The translations under genes and the position numbers were made by a program. From Zygnema circumcarinatum SAG 698-1b (taxonomy: Eukaryota; Plantae; Zygnematophyceae), in NCBI GenBank assembly GCA_037447605.1, contig CM074813.1:1860001-1924000 (forward strand): DNA of 64,000 nt, in the 5' to 3' direction. Position 1 is the stretch's first letter. Each line of letters starts with the position of its first letter. The notes beneath the pieces were generated by a model. That model saw nothing but the letters and a program-made list of their open reading frames with translations, made no database searches and was not told the origin of the DNA. Below are positions 11,290 through 20,629 of this stretch, piece after piece.

Positions 11290-14200
11290 CGTCTTCTCGC
11301 CCGCTAAGGAACTCCTGTCCATTCCATTCTCATTGTTACACAGGAATACAGGGAAAGAGAAAGAGAAAGAAGTAAGAACAAGAGAAAGCAGAAGTGGGGG
11401 TTTAAAAATAAGAGTTCACAGATCATACTGTTCTGTTGTCTTGCACTGTTCGCTCGTCCACCGCCTCCGTAAAGCTGTGCCGCCAATTGCAAGTGGCCTT
11501 CGTAAGGTCGCGAGAGGGGGAGAGAGAGAGAGAGACGTGCAGAAAGGGAGAGAAAGTGGGTAGAGAGAAGAGAGGGACAGCAAGGGAGAGCGAGAATATG
11601 GACGGAGAGAAGGAGAAAAGAAAAAAACGAGAAAGAGGAGAGAAAAAGAAAGAAGAGAGAGATGGCGAGAGAGACAGGGGAAGACAGCGGGAGAGTAAGA
11701 CATTGACAGGTGAGAGAAAGAGAGAGGAGTGGACAGGGAGAAAGGTGGGGAGAAAGAGAGTCGCCGAAGAAAAAGGTTACGAGAGTAGAGAGAGAGAAAA
11801 ATTGAGAGCATTTTACCGCCATGACATGCTCGGAGAGGCGGTGGTCCTTGAGCTCATCTCGGCTGTCGAGGAGGAGGAAGGCGAGGTCGAACCGCGAGAG
11901 CAGGGGAGCACTCATCTTCAAATTTTCATTCACCGTTTTTGCTCGGCTGCCGACTCAAAATGGGTAAAGAGAAAAAATAAAAGAGAAAAGTAGATTACGA
12001 AACACGAGAAACAGGAGTGAAAGGAATGTTAAGCATATGGATCAAAAAGTCTCTCTAGGCTCATACGGGAAAAGCACAGAGAGTGGGAAGAAGAGCGGGG
12101 GTTGGGAAGAGGGGAGGTGAGGGGAAGCAATGGTTTGCGAGTGAGACAGAGAGAAAGAGAGACAGAAAAATAACGGGTGTGGGGAAGGGGATATCCGCAC
12201 TTATAGCTTCCTCCAACAGGATTGGCTGCCGCCAAAACCGAAGTTCTTGCTACTAAATTCGCCACAAGACCTGATTATATGTTCAGGAAAATGTGGAAAA
12301 GGGTGTGTGGGGGGGGGGGGGGGGGGGGGGNNNNNNNNNNGGGGGGGTCAGAACACAAAATTGAAAAAGACCACCAAAAATCAGAGTTAGCTTTATCGGC
12401 TCTTTTTCTGCAGTTGCGGGTTATATCCGAAATATTGGGCTTACCCGCTTTCGCCACTGATACCGACTGTTGTTCCATAGCCTCCAGTAGCGCCTGCAAA
12501 TGCCGCAAAAGAATTCGAAAAAATGAAACAAATATGTTAGGGTTACGCATCTACTCACTATTGACTCATTTGCTTGCTATCAAGCCGTGGCTTCTTGCAC
12601 TAAATAATGGGGTAAAAATGAGGAGTGCACGAACCTGGTGCTCTGCTGGCATTTTGTCGAATTCATCAATGCAGCAAACCCCGCCATTGGCTAAAACCAT
12701 GGCGCCTGTTCACAAGTACACAAAAACCCCTCAAATCCGTTACAGAAGGAGTTCAATGTCGCCATGGAACCGTTCACAACTGAACATGGAAACGGATACA
12801 TATCCCTCCTCTCCCCTCCCCCACCCCTCCTTTCTCTTCCATCCTCCCTTCTCTCCCCTCCCCGCCCCCTCCTTTCTCTTCCCTCCTCTTCCCCCCCCTC
12901 CCCCCCCCTCCCACGCCTCACCGCTCTCTCCACGCTTCCCCCCATCCTTCTCCTTTCCCCCCCTCCTCCCTCCCCTCTCTCCCCACCTCCCCCCACCTCC
13001 CCCCGGCTCTCCCCTCTGACCACTCCCCTCTGACCTCTCCCCTCTCCCCTCTCCNNNNNNNNNNGGGGGGGGGGGGAGGGTTGGGTTATGCTTTCAGGGT
13101 TTAATGTTCACGGTCAATGGTCTTAGGGTCTCAGAGGGTTACTAAAGTTCAGGGCTTAAGGGATGACTCTAGGTGCTGTAAGGGTTCAGAATTTCAGGGT
13201 ATTGGGGTTTGTAGAGTTGCTAGGTTCAAGTGGGTTTAGGGCTTAAGAATTTGAGGGCTGAGGGTTTTAGGCTTTCAGGTTGCTAGTGTCGAGGGTGGTT
13301 TTTTGTTGAAGGGTTAGGGTCGACTGACCGACGAGGAGCACGTGGACGTCCCCCCGGACGGGCACCTTCCCGCGGTCGTTCGCGTGCTTTGGGACGCCTC
13401 CGAACAGGGCGAGCGCTATGCCCGCTGCGTCACGTCACGTCAAGTCACGACACGTCATATCATGTCAAGTCAAGTCACGCTCGTACAACTCGTTGGGCAA
13501 ACATCATTGCAGATATGTGATGTAGGAGAGTGGCGCTTATTTACATACAGAAGACGTGGCACCTTACCAATGAATAGTTGCATGGAAAGGGGATTTGGGA
13601 GGACGAGAGAAGGGGGAGAGAGCAAAAGTGGGGAAAAGACAAGATAGGGAGTGTGAGGGAGAGGAACAGGCAGGGAGAGGCAAGGCGAGAGAACGAAACG
13701 GAGAGAGACAGAGACTAAGGGAGAAGGGGGGGGGGGGGCGGAGACAGACTAAGTGAAATAGAATGAGAAGGGCAGGTGGAGAGGTAGAGGAGCGAAACGA
13801 GAGCAACGGGGAGAGAGGGAAGAGATGGAGAGCGAGGGAGAGGGAAATTAGAGAGGGATCAGGCAAGCACTCACAGCCAAAATCGATGCGTTGAAAAAAG
13901 TGCACCTTTCACCATTTCGAGGCCATAAATGCTCGGACAAATCGAGTGCACAAGATGCCGAAAGAGGTCGCCTTCATGCATCCCCACATACTCAACAATC
14001 CCCTCCAAATCCGACTGTGAAAATTTGTAAGTTGCTGAAGATATTCCGCATGGAGCGCCACGGCCCGTTCGAGTAGCGTCACTTCTGTTCACGACTGAGT
14101 TCACGTCAATATAGAGGTCGTAAAGGTTGTTCTTACTTCTTGCATGTCCTGCAATCGGAAGAGATTAAGGTTCAGAATATAGGGTTAGAAGGGCTTAAAG

Positions 14201-17200
14201 TTTTAGGTTCTGTGGTTTTTGTATTTTTTCTGAAGTTGATAGGGTTATGATTTTTTTCGGGTTCAGATTAGGGCTTTCAAGGGGTACAAGGTGAAGGTTC
14301 ATAGTTAGCATGATTTTTGGATTTGGACGATGCAATAGATGTAAGAGTCATTTGCCTTATACCTTTCTCTGCACTTTATGTGACTCATGAAATAGGATAC
14401 AAAGGCGGTTTGGGGGGACGGAGGATCGCGGTCGGACACTAGAACCCCCATAAATTCGAGAAAGTGGAAAAGGACTCTATATACCAATTGCTTAACTTTA
14501 TGGAGGTACCTATGTACCGCACTAGCAGCCTATCAGGGCTGCTCGTGCGTGTATTCCTGCAGCTACCAAAATTTTAACGCCCAGAGCAAGGACAGTATCA
14601 GCGGGAACCGCATGTTTCGCGTTCATGCCGTACGAACCTGCTTATAGTTTCTGAGCCGTTGGCCCTGAAATCCATAGGATTTTCAGGTTTTCGATAACGA
14701 AATCTTGACAGCACGGAGTTTTACTGGGATTCTACTTAACTAACGATCCGTTTACGTGTGTTGAACCTGATTTGCAGTTTAACATCCGCAAACCAGGTTT
14801 TCTGCTTTCGATACTATTCGGCACCGTTTGTAAACAGGAGGGGGCCGAAGGAGAGAGGGCCACCTCCAATTAGAACATGCCCTCTGGCGACGCCATGCTG
14901 TGAACCCCAAAATGAGTCTTCGATTTTTCCTCGCCAAGCTTTCTGCCATCATCGACGTGTGACGTGACGGCTCGTTCCCAAACGTGCTCAAACCGTGAAG
15001 CGACAAAAAACGTTTTGAACGAAAGGAGATTGTGTGCAACGTGGAAGATTCCCATCGTTGAAAATGGTGTTTGGCCACCCTCCATTTCGTGTGCAATGAC
15101 GGTCCTAAGCTTTTTGGTACATGGGATCTCTGAGTTAAGATTCAATACTTGAGGCCTCAAGGCTATGTAACCTAAACAGTCGATTATAAACGTTTTAAGG
15201 TCAGGGCTTTTAGGGTTTCGGGGCCTCATGCCTCCTCCTATGTCCATGTCGCGGTTGATGTGGCGCACAACCCCCGCCACCGTGACGAGGTCCCCCGGGC
15301 GGCAGCACTCCACCAGGTCCTCGCGCAGCTCGCACTCCACCGTGCGAGGCACGCGCCCCTCCTGCCGCCCGGGCCCGCTCACTATCTCCTGCAGCCTGAG
15401 GGAGAGGGAGAGGGAGAGGGAGGAGGCGAGGGAGGGAGAGGGAGAGGGAGGAGGCGAGGGAGGGAGAGTGGGATGGAGAAGCGAAGGGAGGGTCAGGGGG
15501 AGTAAGGGAGAGGGAACGCGGAGGGACGAGGCGGAGAGAAAGGGAGAGGAAGAGCAGGAGAGAGTGGAGAAGGGGAGAGGGAGAAAACGAAGGGGGGGAG
15601 GAGAGACGGAGATGGAGATGGAGGGAGTGTGGGAGAATGGAAGTGGAAACAAAGGAGGGAGAGAGTGAAAGTGTTGGAGAGGAAGAAAGGGATGGGTGCC
15701 AACTTTTGTAAGAACTAAAAAATGCAACTTGTACCCCTCACTCGGACCATATGAAACCCGAAACTTACAAAACTGAAAACATTCTAATCATAAACTGTAG
15801 ACTCTAACCTAAATCTAAAGGCACTAAAGTCCGAAACTTAACCTAACCCTAATCTCAACATCAACTCGCATGCCTTAATCAAATAAATCCTAACCCTGAC
15901 TCCTAATCCTAATCCTAAATCCTAATCCTAAGCCTAACCCCCAAGCCCATATCCGTAATCCTGAAAACTGATGTATGTTCAATATTACCTGATTTTTTGA
16001 AAATCTACTTTCTCCGCGGTCTCCTTATTTAAAATGTATGTTCGATTCCGACATCCTTCATGTCCACATGTTTTCGGAGGGGGGTAGCGGCCCTCTGTGA
16101 GAGTTTGAACAGAAGTAACTCCACAGCGAGAGCAGGAGAGCTCCACCGCCTTCACTAGGGGCTTCACAATGCTCACTCTCAAAACAGTTCCTGAAACTGA
16201 GACAAATTTGTCTGCAAATATCACGAAAAGTTGAACAAAAGTGGGAAATTCTACGTTAAGACAGCTCTGTTCACAAAAAAAACTTAAAGCTTTTTTAAGG
16301 GATAGAGTCAAATGTATTTTTTGAGCTTTAGGCTTGGTTTGACTTAAAAAGAGGGGTTTTTTCGTTACCTAAGAAAGTGGCTTTGAGATTTTTTAGTTCC
16401 AATTTTGATTCGAAGTAGTGCTGCAGCCTCACATTCACTTGAGAGGGCGGAGACGGGGCGAGATTTCGGCCTTTCCCAAACAGCAGCACCTGAAGGCGAC
16501 GCCATGAAAGCAGAAAAGAGTGTAAGAGGGGTAAGAGAAAGCCCAACGGGGCCATCTGTTTCACCCTCCCTCGCGCTGCGCTGACTCACGTAGTGCGCGG
16601 CGAGCTGCAGACAGGCCAGCGCCTGCGCGGGGCGCTCCTCCAGCGCGGCCCCCCACGCGGAGGCGGAGGGGGAGGGCAGCGCCTGCAGGGCCGCCTGCTC
16701 CACCGGGAGGACGTGCACGCCGCTCCGCTCCTGCACCTGCTCCGCGACTCCCCACACACATCATGTTCTCGTTACCGCATGCTGTAAGATTCTGTACGTT
16801 CTTATGCTTGCAGTATTACAATACACCCTTTGGGATACTTATTACACTGTAAAGTATGACAGTATTTCTTTTTGAAGTAAATGGATAAAGCATCTGCTTG
16901 AAGTATACGAGCAATTAATGAAATGAATGGAGAATCTAGTTCAAACAGCTATACGATTATTCTATAACAAATTGGGTACTCTGAAGTGTTTGATGTATGC
17001 TAGCAATCTGAAACGACTAGACAATGTATTTGAAGAACTTTTATGATTTCAATAACTGCAGGCTAATCAGGTGTTTAGAGAGCACATGCCTGATTCTATT
17101 CCAATACTGGATGTGTTCTGCCAATATTGACTTTTTTGACAAAAGCACAAATGAAACAATAGGCGACCTACTCGAATAACCTCGACGATTTCAATCATTT

Positions 17201-17979
17201 GAACAAGTGAAGCCAATCTGAAACACTTACCTCAAGCATTTCTAAATTTTGCCAAAGCATTCAAGTACCCTTAAACAAGTCTAAAGACAATAGACCATGA
17301 ACAGTCTTCATGGAATCTAGGGAACAACAAAGACATAAGCGCTTCATGTGATTTTCCGGCATTCCTCATAACAAGTTGAATTGCAGGAGTATGCAGCTAT
17401 GAATGTAAAAGCTACAATATCCTAAGTAGCTTTTTCAGGGTGTACAAATCGCTTCAATCATTTGCTTTAGGAGCGTCAACATGTTGGAGGCTTAAGGACA
17501 TGTCTTCAAATGATCGGGATTCTAAAGGAGATGCGAACACTGCCCCTGTGAGCATCATTTGTATGTGGGAAACCATTGTTGCATTTTCGTTAACATGCAA
17601 AGCAAATCATAGTTTTAGCATCCTCTAACGGCTGATCACCACGAATTCGAGGGAAAAACCGGAGAAATTCGATCGCGTTTGCTTTTTAATTTTCGAATTT
17701 CTCGTGTCCTATTAATTTCCGAGGTTATATACATTCATACTGGTTCTAACACATTTGATTTTTATTTCTGACTTCTTAATTATCCTTGGCAGAGACCTTC
17801 TGCAGCAGCTGCAGGCCCTGCGGAGACTCCAGCATCTGAGTGAAGTCAGCAACGAGCACTGCTCGCGCGTCATTGGCGGAGAACTCCTCGCTGACGTACG
17901 CGCCCCAGAGGTCCCTTATCTCCAGCGGCAGCGGCCGCGCGAGCGGGACGGCCCCGTCGTGCCGCACCGCCTCGTTCAT
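9583..17979 (-). CDS. MCM8: DNA helicase MCM8, spliced; one internal exon not present in the assembled sequence
   Basis: Exons: 17979-17797, 16736-16590, 16489-16369, 16211-15989 (Zn finger CSRC..C..EGC), 15395-15232 ([17 protein letters not shown]), 14148-13906 ([13 protein letters not shown]), 13424-13329 ([10 protein letters not shown]), 12705-12635 (CCIDEFDK, Walker B), 12493-12445 (ALLEAMEQQ), 12270-12201 (AAANP), 11946-11817 (LLSRFDL, Arg finger), 11474-11429, 11074-10915, 10715-10541 ([17 protein letters not shown]), 10242-10072, 9747-9583 (winged helix). The exact 3' end is uncertain because a donor is possible after KYE. Confidence 0.92.
12331..12340. other. Assembly gap (10 N) within a poly-G run in an MCM8 intron
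   Basis: N run flanked by G homopolymers. Confidence 0.99.
13055..13064. other. Assembly gap (10 N) in the MCM8 intron where the Walker-A exon is expected
   Basis: N run between a C/T-rich tract and a poly-G run. Confidence 0.99.
13081..13320. repeat. Degenerate telomere-like (TTAGGG-related) tract in an MCM8 intron
   Basis: More than a dozen xAGGG(T/C)T-type units within 240 bp. A complementary CCTAA/CCCTAA-type tract lies at 15780-15960. Confidence 0.5.
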
Positions 17980-18340
17980 GGCGGCCGCGGCCGAGGGCGA
18001 GGGTGAGGAAGAGGGAGAGGGAGAGGGAGAGGGAGAGGGAGAGGGAGAGGGAGAGGGCGAGGCAGAAGAGGGCGAGGGAGATGGCGAGGGCAGCAGCGAG
18101 AGGGAGAGGGAGAGGCAGAAGAGAGGGCGAGCTTTTTGGGCGGAAGGAAGCGGATGAATGGACAGGACAACAATGCACAGTTCGGACCAGTGGATCGGCA
18201 ACCATTGGACAACCATTGGATGGCAATGGTTGGACGTCTACTGGTTGGCAATCAGTCGACTGGTTGCCAACCATCCACTGGTTGGCAACCAGTCGAATGG
18301 TTGTTTCGATCTGGCGGCACTGGTTGGCAACCAGTCGAAT

Positions 18341-18892
18341 AGGGGGGGTCAGACCTTGACCATCGCTTACGAAATTCAAAGATTCCCTATACGGAAAGGT
18401 ATTGATTTCGTTTCCAGGTTTCGGGTCGGAAGCCGCGGCTCCCCCGAACCTGTCATGTCCCGTCCGTACTACGGAATAGGTTACAAAAATGCCCCCAAAT
18501 TTCCGAAATCCGCCGAAATCCGCTCGCCGAAACGCAGGGCCTCCGGAGGCCCTGCGTTTCGAAATTCCAGCTTTCCGCCGATGAGGAATCGTGCCCCGCC
18601 TTGTCGCCATGCGCGTCACGCACGTGCGAGCGCCTCTCGCACGTGTGAAGCGCGCGTGGCGACAAAACGGAGGGCGGTGGGCGGCGGGCGGCGGAGGGAG
18701 CGCGGGGGGGCGAAAAGGGGGGGGTCAGACCTGGCTCGGAGATACGAAGGTAAAATAATTATTTTCTTGAATTCGCGGCGCCCGAACCTGCCGAACGGCC
18801 ACTTTTTGCGAAAAAGGCCTGCCGTACACGGCGGAATAGGCCCGACGGGCTTACGAAATTGGTTTGGCGATGGTCAAGGTCTGACCCCCCCT
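18341..18892. mobile_element. 552-bp MITE nested in the hAT-like element; 26-bp perfect TIRs, 3-bp AAT TSD
   Basis: Left TIR AGGGGGGGTCAGACCTTGACCATCGC, with its exact reverse complement ending at 18892. AAT at 18338-18340 and 18893-18895. An internal TIR-like copy starts at about 18716. Confidence 0.9.
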
Positions 18893-19192
18893 AATGGTTA
18901 TATGTTATATCCATTAAATCAAATGGTTGGCAACCATTAAATCACTAGTTGTAGCGAACTGAACGCTACAGTTACCAAAATGTCGTCGGCGTTTCGGAGA
19001 AAACTATTACGGTTCGACCGTACAGAATCCCCGTACAACCGTACGATTAGGATGTACGAATCCGTACGCATCTGTACGCATCAGGCTTGTTACACTAGTT
19101 GTCAACGGTTGGCAACCAACCAAAAAACACAAACGACCCATTTTTGCAAAAAGGCATAATTTCAGAAATTCAATGGTTGCCAACCATTGGAT

Positions 19193-19432
19193 CACTGGTT
19201 CCGAACCAGTCGAATGGTTGTTTCAGTCCTGCGCCACTGGTTGGCAACCAGTCGAATGGTTGTTTCGATCCGGCGGCACTGGTTGCCAACCATTCGACTG
19301 GTTGCCAACCAGTGGCATCCACTGGTTCCAAACCAGTCGAATGGTTGTTTCGGTCCTGAGCCACTGGTTGGCAACCAGTCGAATGGTTGTTTCGGTCCGC
19401 AACCACTGGTTGCCAACCAGTCGACTGGTTTG
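19193..19432. repeat. 42-bp tandem units with a palindromic core (further copies at 18277-18340)
   Basis: CACTGGTT-NNN-AACCAGTCGAATGGTTGTTTC plus a 10-nt variable tail, at 19193, 19235, 19277, 19320, 19362 and 19404. Confidence 0.9.
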
Positions 19433-20629
19433 TCTAATGGTCCGATCTGTGCAACAATGTGCCCGTTGCCTTCCCCGCGTATCCTTTCCTTTCCATGTCG
19501 CTGTCGCTGTTTAGCGCGCAGCAGTTAAACGTTGCTCTCAGTTTCGCGTGTCCACAATACGGTTACACTTTCCATATATCTCACATAGAGCCTCTCGACC
19601 CGTGATACTACACTGTGTGTTACGTGTGCATTGTTACAGTATTTGTGGTTGTACGAAGCTGTACGGTACAGTACAGTACTGTACCGTGCACGCCTCCTCG
19701 TGTACGGTAAAACATATTCGTGGTTTCCCCGCTCCAGCCGTCGTTCTGCCTCCCTCTCCCCCTCTCCCTCCTCCATGCTTGCCTTATCTCTCGCCTTAAA
19801 CTCTTTCCTGGACGACATTGCTGACTGCTTTTCTGCGCTTTCCAGGACTTGGTGGGACCTCTCAACACAAACGCCAATATTCCGAACCCTAATCTGTCTA
19901 ATGCTGATTCCTGAGAGTCTTCCATCGGCTGCTTCTTCTGTGCTTCGTTCTCTCTCCCCCGCTTTCTCCTCTCTTTCACCTCTCTCCGTCTCTGTCGCTC
20001 TTCATGCACGGCTGGTATTTCTCCACGGCTTCCAGCTCCTTTCCCACCTTAGACTCGCACTAGTTTCTTTTTAAAAATGAAACTGAAGCCCCAGGCAGAG
20101 TCAACGAGATTTCCGGTTTGGGTTTCGACTGCTCCGGCTCCATGGATGATTTTTATCGATGTTTCCAGCGGGTTATTTAACCTCTTAAGGTCTTGAACCT
20201 TCCTGGAACCGTCATTCCTGCATCGCCGGACTTGAGTCACAAATTGGAGCCAATTTCACAATTGAACTTCCTAAAATAAACGTGCGCGAATCTGAATTTT
20301 ATTTTTGAGTTCGGTTACTCTGAGGCGCATCACATACACATCCCTTCAACCTGCGAAGGAGTGCACTGTGCGCGTTTCTATGCCACAATACGGAGACGTT
20401 CGTTCGTTTTCTCGAACTGCACCCACAGAACCAGTGAAAGGCGGCTACTTGGAATTCCAGTTGTCAAATTCCTGCATTTGTCGTTTCAACTTAGCTACTT
20501 CCGCTCTCCCTCTCCCTCTCGATTTTCTCACTCTTTCCCGCTTCCCCTCGCTCTCTCTCTCTCTCTCTCATCTGTTCTGACTCTACCACATACACAAGTC
20601 GATCTTCCTTGGAGTAAGGAGCCCTCAGT

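Larger units (their letters stand above)
18176..19451. mobile_element. Non-autonomous hAT-like DNA transposon (8-bp TSD) with palindromic 42-bp internal repeats
   Basis: Terminal inverted repeats CACAGTTCGGACCA (18176) and TGGTCCGATCTGTG (ends 19451), one mismatch. Identical flanking 8-mer CAACAATG at 18168-18175 and 19452-19459. No transposase ORF. The superfamily is inferred only from TSD length. Confidence 0.8.

Noticed and set aside
12341-12352. GGGGGGGTCAGA as a third MITE terminus
   Set aside because: The G-run borders an assembly gap and similarity stops after TCAGA.
12680-12700. MCM8 LANGG instead of the usual LADxG
   Set aside because: A single conservative substitution next to an intact Walker B; significance cannot be judged without an alignment.
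18277-19432. CRISPR array interpretation of the 42-bp palindromic repeats
   Set aside because: The spacers are only 10 nt and related to each other, no cas genes are present, the context is eukaryotic, and the array lies inside TIR/TSD-bounded DNA.
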